Source: an uncultured Gemmatimonadaceae bacterium (GTDB lineage Bacteria; Gemmatimonadota; Gemmatimonadetes; Gemmatimonadales; Gemmatimonadaceae). Taken from it: 64,000 nucleotides of DNA. Below the pieces are notes generated by a model. That model did not search any database and was not told the origin of the DNA. It saw nothing but the letters and a program-made list of their open reading frames with translations. The DNA is taken from the NCBI GenBank assembly GCA_963829055.1, contig CAWHHI010000019.1:64001-128000 (forward strand), in the 5' to 3' direction. Of the stretch, positions 56,331-64,000 are shown in pieces. The position numbers and the translations under genes were made by a program. Each line of letters starts with the position of its first letter. The stretch's first letter is position 1.

Positions 56331-56368
56331 AAGCCAAATATAGGCCGCAACACGCCTTACGACAGCCG

Positions 56369-57232
56369 CTAGGGCACTGCCCGCACCCACTGGGTGACCT
56401 TCATATGGACCCGCATCGCGTCGGCGGTGCTGCCGCTGTTCGGGGTGACGACAGACCGGACGATGTAGGTCATGCGTGCATCGTTGATCCAGCCGCGACG
56501 CCGGTCGATAACCAGCCCTCCGGTCATGGACCCGGACATGGTCATCGTCGCCCAACCGTCTTTCGACGACGGCGGCCGACTCAGAATCCCGACCAGGGAC
56601 ACGTACGCCCGCTCACCGTTGCGCGACAGCGAGTCGAGTCGGAACGTCGCCTGCAGCTTGCCAGCGTTCTTCGCGTCGCCCGTGGCCCCGAGCGGTGCCA
56701 TCATCACCCGCGACCAGCGAGCACCGACTTCGACGGTGCTGTTCGGCAGCGTCGCGGGCATCTGCGCGAAGAGCGCATTCAACTCGGCGCTGCCATCCGC
56801 GCCGCCGTCGACGACTTCCGTTGCGCCGTCGGGTGCAATGCGAAGACGCACCCGCTTTCCCTGCATCGCGCGGCGCGTTTCTGTCGCGACGGTGAGAGAA
56901 TCGGCGCCGCTACTCGACGCGGCGACGGAATCCGTGGACGTGAGCAGAATGCTCGCGTCACGGTCGCGCCGCTCGACGAACGTGCGCGAAATGACGAGCA
57001 GCGTCGTGACGACCGTCGCCGTGGAGTCGCCCGCGCCCATGCGCGTGGTGCCCGACATCTCGACGCGCTGATCGAGTCGCATGCGCAGCGTCTCGCCAAC
57101 CGGCGGCTCGATGCGCAGCGACACCTGTTGCGCGCCCACCGTCGCACTCCGGGCCACGCATGCGATGGAGAGAGCGACAGCGACGCGCGTGGCCGCGACT
57201 GCGCGGCGGTACTCAGAATCCGTACGGGTCAT
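56369..57232 (-). CDS. Hypothetical, probably exported beta-rich protein (DUF6263-like)
   Basis: Signal-like VGA-QQ, L..EP.VGE, LP...VEVG.RW, G...ID...GW. Confidence 0.65.
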   Translation of the reverse strand: MTRTDSEYRRAVAATRVAVALSIACVARSATVGAQQVSLRIEPPVGETLRMRLDQRVEMSGTTRMGAGDSTATVVTTLLVISRTFVERRDRDASILLTSTDSVAASSSGADSLTVATETRRAMQGKRVRLRIAPDGATEVVDGGADGSAELNALFAQMPATLPNSTVEVGARWSRVMMAPLGATGDAKNAGKLQATFRLDSLSRNGERAYVSLVGILSRPPSSKDGWATMTMSGSMTGGLVIDRRRGWINDARMTYIVRSVVTPNSGSTADAMRVHMKVTQWVRAVP

Positions 57233-59201
57233 CCCCGGGAGTGGTGCGCAACGGTTGCACCGGCGTACGCGTCGGCTGGCGCGGCGGGACAATGCGTCGG
57301 AACTGTCCCGCGAAGAACGTCTTCACGTCTTCCGGCCGCTCGTGTAGTGTCGCGTTGCGCGCACGGATGACTTCCTCTTCGGTCGCGATGGCGATGACGT
57401 CTTTCACCCAGCCTAACGTGATGCCTGCATCGAGCCGGCGCAGGGACCGCACCACCGCGTGCTCCAGCGTGACCTCCGCCGCCTGCGGATAGCGCTCCGC
57501 GCCCTCGCGACCAAGCATCACGGCGGGACGCGGGAAGCGGACGAAGATCGGCTGCGTGAAATGGGGGTGACGCACCATCAGCTGTCCCTTCTCGAGCGTC
57601 GCCAGCTTCGTTCGCGTGGATGGACTGAGCACCGCGTACCCGGGCGTCGCGAGCTCGTCCGAGTCCATGCGTCCATAGAGCGCGGTTCCCGAGTTCCCGA
57701 CGACGCGTCGATGCACCTGTGAGCGGAACTGTTGCGCGCTGAACAACACGAGCCCGAGGTATCGGCCGCGCTCGGATATATCGAGCAGCATCTTCCGAAC
57801 GTAGGTGTCCTGACCGTCACCGGGTGCGTACTTGTTCAGCTCATCCACGAACACGATCACGTGCTTCACGCCCAGGTCGCGCCGCTCGAGATGCTCGCGG
57901 AGTTTCGACACGACGCGCGCGAAGATCAGGTCCTGCGCGTCTTCCTCGAGATTCGCGACGTCCACCACGTACACCGCGCGGTCCGCGAAGTTGCCGAACG
58001 GCAGGTCGCTCACGGTGCCGTCGTCCGTCACGAGACCGGCGCAACGCGTAGAAATGTTCGACAGGCGATTCCGGACTTTTCGGATGGTGGCGACGTGGTG
58101 TGTGCGCCAGCTCTGGTCGTCCTTGGCCTCGAGCGCGCGCAGCACGTCGCGGAACCACTTCTCGAGATCGGAGAACGACTGCACGCGATAGCGCGTGGCG
58201 CCGAGGATGTCATCGCTGAAGTCCTTGTCGATGACGCGCTCCTTGATGAAGTCGATGAGCGCGTCCGCCTTCGCGTCGATGTCATCCTTGTTGAGCAATA
58301 CCTCGGCGAACTGCAGCACTTCGCGCAGTCCCCACGTCAGCGGCGTGACGTTCTCGAGGAGCGCCTCGTTCGACCGCAGCGTGTTGAGCGAGAACCCCTT
58401 CGCGTTGTACGGCGCGAAGTATTCGACGTTCTCGAACGGCCGCGCAGGGACACCGAGCTTCTCGTACAGGTCGCGGTCGCGATCATCGAGCACGCCCGGC
58501 TGGTCGAGGAAGCAAAGGTCCGGACCTTTGACGTTGAAGCACACGGCGGCGATGGAGCCGCGGCTGGCCGGAAAGTGCGTGAAGATCGACGAGAGCAGCC
58601 ACTCGACGGCGCTCGTCTTCGTGGCGAGGCCGGATACGCCCGTGATGTTCAGGTGCGCGGCCTCGGGTCCGACGAGGAAGTCGGCGTCGAGGTAGATCGC
58701 GGAGTCGGTGCCGCCCGCGCGGTACACGCCGATTGGAATACCGGTGTGATGCCCGTCGCGCAGGTAGCCGTCCATCCGGAGCGCGACGGCCACGTCTTCC
58801 TCGGTCGCGAGAAAGACCTGACCCATCGGCACGGGTTGCAGCGGCTCGTCCGGAATCTGACGGAGTACCGCCGCGGTGTAGAGGCGGATCTCGGCTCGGT
58901 CAGTCGCGGCGAATCCCGCGCTCTGCGGCGTGCCGTCGTGGCCAATGACGTCGTGCAGCGGCGATGCGAGGTCCGTGTAGCTGAACCCCTCGACGACAAC
59001 GCCGTACACGTGTGGGATCAGACCATTCGCGACGCGTCCATCGACGCGCACGATCGTGCCGATCCCGACTGGAGATTCGAGCGCCGTCCAGAAATGAAAT
59101 TCGTGCGGAGTGTTCGGGCGTCGTTCTGTCGCGACGACGCGTCCGAGGGCCGCGGGGATTTCTGACGGAGCGGACGGCGTGCCTGAGGGTGTATCTGTCA
59201 C
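57213..59201 (-). CDS. herA: HerA family helicase/ATPase (bacterial subtype)
   Basis: N-terminal HAS-barrel-like region, HLNITGVSGLATKTS variant Walker A, FNVKG.DL, IVFVDELNKYAP, ERGR.LG..L..AQQ. Confidence 0.88.
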   Translation of the reverse strand: MTDTPSGTPSAPSEIPAALGRVVATERRPNTPHEFHFWTALESPVGIGTIVRVDGRVANGLIPHVYGVVVEGFSYTDLASPLHDVIGHDGTPQSAGFAATDRAEIRLYTAAVLRQIPDEPLQPVPMGQVFLATEEDVAVALRMDGYLRDGHHTGIPIGVYRAGGTDSAIYLDADFLVGPEAAHLNITGVSGLATKTSAVEWLLSSIFTHFPASRGSIAAVCFNVKGPDLCFLDQPGVLDDRDRDLYEKLGVPARPFENVEYFAPYNAKGFSLNTLRSNEALLENVTPLTWGLREVLQFAEVLLNKDDIDAKADALIDFIKERVIDKDFSDDILGATRYRVQSFSDLEKWFRDVLRALEAKDDQSWRTHHVATIRKVRNRLSNISTRCAGLVTDDGTVSDLPFGNFADRAVYVVDVANLEEDAQDLIFARVVSKLREHLERRDLGVKHVIVFVDELNKYAPGDGQDTYVRKMLLDISERGRYLGLVLFSAQQFRSQVHRRVVGNSGTALYGRMDSDELATPGYAVLSPSTRTKLATLEKGQLMVRHPHFTQPIFVRFPRPAVMLGREGAERYPQAAEVTLEHAVVRSLRRLDAGITLGWVKDVIAIATEEEVIRARNATLHERPEDVKTFFAGQFRRIVPPRQPTRTPVQPLRTTPGDDPYGF

Positions 59202-59351
59202 GACGGCGGGCGCGAAGGCTGAAGGAGGTCGAATGTCGTCGCGTTCGGTGGCTCGTGCAAACTACCGTTCGGTGGCAGGCGGCGGCCGTATTGCCAGGCA
59301 CGGGGCTGACGGGCGATCGTCCGCATTGGCGCGTGCCGCCCACCGCACTGT

Positions 59352-60362
59352 CTACGTGCGCAGCGATCGCAGGAATTCTTCGCAGTCCCGAATGCCGTAG
59401 ACCATCTTGTCCCACCGTCCGTCGGGAAGCGACAGCGGCATCAGCTCAGCCAGGATCCAGCGCGAGATGAGGTTCGCCCGGTCAGCGATGTCCTTCTGCG
59501 CGTAGCCGCCCTCGGGAAACGCCATCTCGACGCGCAGCAGCCCCCACATCGGATCTCGGCCCGCGCAGTCGCGGACGCGAAGGTACCAGCTGGCGACCGA
59601 CGTGCGATGATACGCATCGACGCGAAGCACGCTCGAGCGATGATAGAGCGGCAGCGACTGCACGACTCGCATCGCGGCGCCGGAGACGTAGAGCGTGCGG
59701 TGACTCTTGATCACCCCAATCGCGTTCGGCGCAGCGGCGATGCGGTTGCTCGTCGCGATGCTGCCGTCGATGAACAACGGAGCCGACTGGGTCACGCACC
59801 ACTCTTCGGCGAGCTGTCGCTCGGCGCGATCGCGATCCCGTTTGACGGCATCGAGCGCATGTTGCGCGACCACGAACGGATGCGGGTCGGACGACGCCCA
59901 GCTCCCGCCTGATTGATTGGAGAGGGCGTCCGTCGTGTTCACCGGATCCCACCCGTGGTCGACGACCGCCTTCCACAGTGATGCCGGCACGAGGTCGCGC
60001 GGGATGTAGAGCCGACCGCTGCAGGCCGGGCGCTTCCACGTCACCATACGCCTCAGGACACGCTGGCGCACGACCGCCGCCACGCGCCCGTACACGATCG
60101 GAATGCCGTCGCAGTAATGAACGACCTTGCTTTCCTGCGTGCCGTCGAGAAATGCCTCGAAGCCTGGCGTCGGCGGGTCGAAAACCCGCAGCGCGCGCAC
60201 GGTTGTACTCTCGATCACATCGGAGCTGACGACTCGTGGTGGCTCCGGCGGGGTGGCGGTCGTCTCAAGTGAGGGACCGAGGTCGTGCAGCGCTGCCGGG
60301 TCGTTCCGAAACAGTCGCAGCGCGTCGCGAAATCCTGCATCCGCTACGGGAGCGGTCATCAT
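59352..60362 (-). CDS. nurA: NurA-like nuclease
   Basis: AFLDG, AE..LA, FIDGS, IG.IKSH...Y, L....RS, SWYLR, G..RVE, I..CE.FLRS, directly upstream of herA. Confidence 0.75.
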   Translation of the reverse strand: MMTAPVADAGFRDALRLFRNDPAALHDLGPSLETTATPPEPPRVVSSDVIESTTVRALRVFDPPTPGFEAFLDGTQESKVVHYCDGIPIVYGRVAAVVRQRVLRRMVTWKRPACSGRLYIPRDLVPASLWKAVVDHGWDPVNTTDALSNQSGGSWASSDPHPFVVAQHALDAVKRDRDRAERQLAEEWCVTQSAPLFIDGSIATSNRIAAAPNAIGVIKSHRTLYVSGAAMRVVQSLPLYHRSSVLRVDAYHRTSVASWYLRVRDCAGRDPMWGLLRVEMAFPEGGYAQKDIADRANLISRWILAELMPLSLPDGRWDKMVYGIRDCEEFLRSLRT

Positions 60363-60467
60363 GTGGCTCCTGCAGCGGTCGATACTGTACCAAAGAACCG
60401 ACACCGGCGCGGCGATCCCGCGCGAGGTGTCTGCATCGCACGTGTGCCGTTCGCGGAAGTTTCGCTC

Positions 60468-61436
60468 ATGAAGCGTTTGGCGCTCATCGCGACCATCCTA
60501 GTGGCCGCCGCTGGGTGTGACAAGGCAAAGACGTTGATCGGACTCGGGCGTCCACCAGAGCCCGATGGTCCGCCGCCGGAGGCGCGCCTCGATCTCTCCC
60601 GGCGCCCCGACATCGTGTTCCAGCTTTTCGGGGAGCGCGATGACGCACGCATGGTCCCCATCGCCGCAGTCATCGATGGCGTGCTCAAGCCCATCGAGCT
60701 CACCGCGAGCGGCTGGCGTGAATTCGACGGGATGTACACGCGCTCGAGCAAGAGCTACACGATGTACCAGGACGGCGCGGCGATCGGCGCGGTGCGGGTT
60801 CGTCGCGGCATGTGGGAGCGCGTGGACGAGCCGCTCTACTCGTTGCCCGGCTGTAAGCTCGTCACGCCACTATCGGCAGTCGAGCTCGAGACCGACGCGC
60901 GTCTGAGCTACACCGTGGAGGCACTCGCTGCGACCTCCGGCGTCATGGTGCGCCCAAAGGCATCGGTGAAGTCGACGAAGGGTCTCGACGCACGCGCGCG
61001 TCGCATGGCATTCGACGTCGCGCGTTCCGCGGGGATCGACAGCGGTGCGCTCAGAGCCTCCGCGTTTCGCTCCATCGCCATCAACACCGGCGCGACGAAG
61101 TCACCAACGATCGTCGCGTCTTTTCTCGACCCGGAGTCGAGTGACAAGAACGGCTCGACGGCTCACGTATTCGCGCTCGCGGACGACGCGGGAAGCGGGT
61201 ACCAGCCGACGTTCCGCCACACGGCGTCGGGCGTTGTCGGTGCGGCCGAGTTCCGGCGGTACATCGATCACCTGGACATGAACGGCGACGGGATCGACGA
61301 GATCGTGCTGGAAGGGTGGCAGTTCGCCGGCGAGACGTACGTGTCGGTATTGGGCTACGCGAACGGCGAGTGGCGGGAAGTCTTCCGCGGCCGCTCGAGC
61401 TGGTGCCTCGCGAAACCGAAACGCGCGACGGACTAG
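60468..61436 (+). CDS. Lipoprotein with a C-terminal FG-GAP/VCBS-like Ca-binding motif
   Basis: AAGC lipobox, DHLDMNGDGIDEIV. Confidence 0.75.
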   Translation: MKRLALIATILVAAAGCDKAKTLIGLGRPPEPDGPPPEARLDLSRRPDIVFQLFGERDDARMVPIAAVIDGVLKPIELTASGWREFDGMYTRSSKSYTMYQDGAAIGAVRVRRGMWERVDEPLYSLPGCKLVTPLSAVELETDARLSYTVEALAATSGVMVRPKASVKSTKGLDARARRMAFDVARSAGIDSGALRASAFRSIAINTGATKSPTIVASFLDPESSDKNGSTAHVFALADDAGSGYQPTFRHTASGVVGAAEFRRYIDHLDMNGDGIDEIVLEGWQFAGETYVSVLGYANGEWREVFRGRSSWCLAKPKRATD

Positions 61437-61466
61437 CGGGGCGCGGAAGGCGGACGGCGGCGCAGC

Positions 61467-62105
61467 CTAACGAGGCTGTGTGACCGCGACCAACAAGCCA
61501 TCATACGCCGGAACGAGGATCGACGTGACGCGTCGATCATCCGCGATACGCGCATTGAAGTCGCGCAGCGCACGAACGTCGTCATCGTCGCCGCGCGCCT
61601 CGGCATTCGCGACGCGACCGCCGAGCAGCGCGTTGTGGGCCACGATCATCCCGCCGGGACGCACCAGGCGCAGCGCCCACTCGAAGTACGTCGCCAGTGG
61701 CGCGCGGTCGGCGTCCAGAAACACCAGATCGAACTCCTCACCATCCAGCGACGGCAATACGTCCAGCGCGCGTCCGCGACGCACCTGCACCACCGCCGCG
61801 AGACCCGCGCGCCCGACGTACCGTTCGGCGAACGCAGCGTGACGCTCGTCGCGCTCGAGCGTAATGAGCGTGCCGTCGCTCGGGAGCGCGCGCCCCATCC
61901 AGATGGCCGAGTATCCGCCCAGCGTACCTACCTCGAGCACGCGCCGTGCGCCCAGCGCGCGAAGCAATACCTGTAGAAAGCGGCCAGCGTCGGGCGAGAT
62001 TGATGCGGGCGGCAGACCGGTGCGGTCAGCTTCCTCGCGCAACGCGCCGAGGAGCTCGTCTTCGGGCGCGAATAGCGTGACGATGTACTCGGAGAGGTGA
62101 TCCAC
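61467..62105 (-). CDS. O-methyltransferase (caffeoyl-CoA/COMT-like)
   Basis: LEVGTLGGYSAIW, FDLVFLDAD, VRPGG.IV.HN, DGL. Confidence 0.92.
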   Translation of the reverse strand: MDHLSEYIVTLFAPEDELLGALREEADRTGLPPASISPDAGRFLQVLLRALGARRVLEVGTLGGYSAIWMGRALPSDGTLITLERDERHAAFAERYVGRAGLAAVVQVRRGRALDVLPSLDGEEFDLVFLDADRAPLATYFEWALRLVRPGGMIVAHNALLGGRVANAEARGDDDDVRALRDFNARIADDRRVTSILVPAYDGLLVAVTQPR

Positions 62106-62162
62106 GCGAGCGCCCGCGGTTGAAGGCGGTTGAGGAAGCCCGCCTAACGTTTCGTCGGCCGG

Positions 62163-62441
62163 CTACTCGATACCGATGTCCCAGGCCTGCTCCAGATCCT
62201 TCTTCGAGTACGCGCGAAACGCCGTGAGCGTCTGCGTGCGCTGGATCGCCGTGACGTCGGGAAATCGCTCCGTCACCACCTGCGCGATCTGGTCGTACTC
62301 GGCGACCTTCACGATCGCGACGAGGTCCCACTCGCCCGAGACCGAGTACACCTCCTGCACGCCGTCGATGCTGGCGAGCTGCAGCGCCGCCTCGGGAATT
62401 CGCTTCGGGTCGGCCTTGATGAGCACGATGGTCGTGATCAC
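62163..62441 (-). CDS. Stand-alone Lrp/AsnC ligand-binding domain protein
   Basis: GV.EVYSVSGEWDLVAIVK, T.TLTAFRAYS. Confidence 0.85.
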   Translation of the reverse strand: MITTIVLIKADPKRIPEAALQLASIDGVQEVYSVSGEWDLVAIVKVAEYDQIAQVVTERFPDVTAIQRTQTLTAFRAYSKKDLEQAWDIGIE

Positions 62442-62935
62442 TGCGCTTCCGGAAATGGGGGAACACCGAGGAGCCACACGCCGGCAATGCGATCCCGGCC
62501 ATCGACGTCGATCAGGATATCTCGCGCGATGCGCACGGTTTTCGTCTGCCGCATCGCGCCAAGCCGAAAATGAATCGTCTGCTCCGCGTCGTCCGCCTCG
62601 GCCGCCAGGGCGGTGTTCATCTCGATGGAGGCGATGCCGTTGTCGTTGCCGCCCACCATGATGCGCCCTTCGGTGACCTCATTCGGCGGCACCAGCGCCG
62701 AACGCTTCCGGACCTCGGGCCAGACGGCGACTTCGACCCCGTGGACGGACCCGCCGTTGAGATCGAGAATGAGCCATGACCCATCGGTCCCTTCGATTTC
62801 CACCGAGCCGGACGCACCTTCGCTCGCGACGTGCGCGCGCAGGTTGGCGGTGAGGATGTCGGTATCGGTATCCCACCGATACTCCACGTCGCTCGGCGTT
62901 CCGTCCAATGGCTCCACCCGGACTGCGATGCTCAC
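62438..62935 (-). CDS. Hypothetical protein with two DUF2283-like halves
   Basis: YRWD..TDIL....G.V.GVEV and D...TIHFRL....ILIDVD...RIAGV. Confidence 0.55.
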   Translation of the reverse strand: MSIAVRVEPLDGTPSDVEYRWDTDTDILTANLRAHVASEGASGSVEIEGTDGSWLILDLNGGSVHGVEVAVWPEVRKRSALVPPNEVTEGRIMVGGNDNGIASIEMNTALAAEADDAEQTIHFRLGAMRQTKTVRIARDILIDVDGRDRIAGVWLLGVPPFPEAQ

Positions 62936-63158
62936 GGCATTTCTCCACCACGGGAGTGTCAATTTGCACGCTCGCTACGACCCGCGCACACCGATCCATT
63001 GCGGTGCGACGCCGAGAAACGCAAGCGGCGGCGCCGGCGCGGCAAAGATAGTAGACGCCTCGATGTGCTGACCAGACCACCACGGCGGGCTATACTTCCC
63101 GGCTCTCATACGATTTATCGCGCCGCGATACCGCGGCATCGACCGGCAAGGAGTCCAC

Positions 63159-64000
63159 GTGGCAGAACGAGAAGCAACCGGAGTCGCGCGCAGCGCTCAG
63201 CACACGATACATGTGCTGCCCCACGCGCCCTACCTCATACCGCGCTTTCTCGCGCCAGCGCTGGAGCGTGTCGCCCCCGATGCGGAGGCCACACAGCTTC
63301 TCGTCATCACGCCGGACGTCGACACCTCGCTGGCGATCGCGCAGGTCGCGCGGTCCATCAGCGATCGGTCGTCGGCGCCGATTGTACCCATCACGTCGGC
63401 AGCCCGCGGTGGACGCCTTCTCGGGTCACGGGTCATTCCGGCCATCGCGGCGACGCCGGGGACACTCGTCTCCCTCCTCAAGGCATCGGCCGTGAAGCTC
63501 GAGGCCGTACGCACCGTCGTGATCGCGTGGGCCGACGAGCTCTACACCGCCCGCGAAGGCGAGTCGCTCGAGGTCGTGCTCGCAGAGCTGCCGAAAGAGG
63601 CGAGTCGAATCGTCGTGGCGGACCGGATGACGCCCGAAGTGGAGGCACTCGTCGAACGCCATCTGCGTCGCGCCAGCCGACAGGGCGTCGCGACCACAGA
63701 GGATCAGGCCGTCGCGGCGCTGCCGATCCGGTACGTCACGACATCGTCGTCCGGCCGGGCGTCTGCATTCCGCCGGTTGCTCGACGACCTCGATCCGCCA
63801 TCGGTGATCGTGCTCGCGAGCGACCCAGGTACTGCCGATGAGGCGCGGGCGGCGGTCGCGTCTCTGGGCTACGAAGGCGACGCGAACATCCGCGTCGAGA
63901 CGGAAGCGGTGGCCGAACAAGCCGCGTTGATCGTGCTATTCGATCTGCCAGCCACGGCAGATGAGCTGGTGAAGGTCGCAGCGACGGAGCCAGCGCAGGT
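63159..64000 (+). CDS. Degenerate DEAD-box helicase-like protein (runs off window)
   Basis: AAGGAG then GTG 63159. QLLVITP (Ia), ATPGTL (Ib), VVIAWADEL in place of LDEAD, no Walker A. Confidence 0.75.
   Translation, partial: MAEREATGVARSAQHTIHVLPHAPYLIPRFLAPALERVAPDAEATQLLVITPDVDTSLAIAQVARSISDRSSAPIVPITSAARGGRLLGSRVIPAIAATPGTLVSLLKASAVKLEAVRTVVIAWADELYTAREGESLEVVLAELPKEASRIVVADRMTPEVEALVERHLRRASRQGVATTEDQAVAALPIRYVTTSSSGRASAFRRLLDDLDPPSVIVLASDPGTADEARAAVASLGYEGDANIRVETEAVAEQAALIVLFDLPATADELVKVAATEPAQ

Noticed and set aside
57732..59165. Long antisense ORFs (e.g. opposite herA, uvrA, gyrB)
   Set aside because: Shadow ORFs typical of high-GC codon bias, with no protein motifs.
57213..60362. 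HerA as an anti-phage system (Sir2-HerA, DUF4297-HerA)
   Set aside because: The partner is NurA-like and the cluster includes Mre11 and Rad50 in a housekeeping context, which favours DNA repair.

Overview
High-GC (roughly two-thirds G+C by eye) bacterial chromosomal segment. Gene content and protein style suggest Gemmatimonadota (inference, not searched). It is mostly housekeeping and is rich in DNA-metabolism genes: uvrA, an Fe-S uracil-DNA glycosylase, a type IB topoisomerase, recF-DUF721/dciA-gyrB, ligA, and an archaeal-type nurA-herA-(orf)-mre11/sbcD-rad50/sbcC-GNAT resection cluster. It also carries sdaAB/AA, a cutA-macro-transglutaminase-ABC operon, ccmE/F/H/I, mtnA-glpK, a BlaI/M56 pair with tandem operators, a DivK-PleD-like signalling cluster, parA, fadD, a PTPS/queD-SDR pair and several secreted or lipoprotein genes. 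I saw no tRNA, rRNA, CRISPR, IS or prophage. The strongest unexplained signal is the non-palindromic heptamer CCTAACG/CGTTAGG, which I counted by eye about 50 times on both strands, mostly inside coding sequences. Ten genes carry apparent single-base insertions, all +1, which most likely reflect long-read consensus errors. A REP-like GTCAT(T/C)CCGAGC palindrome family and heptamer micro-repeats occupy intergenic spaces.
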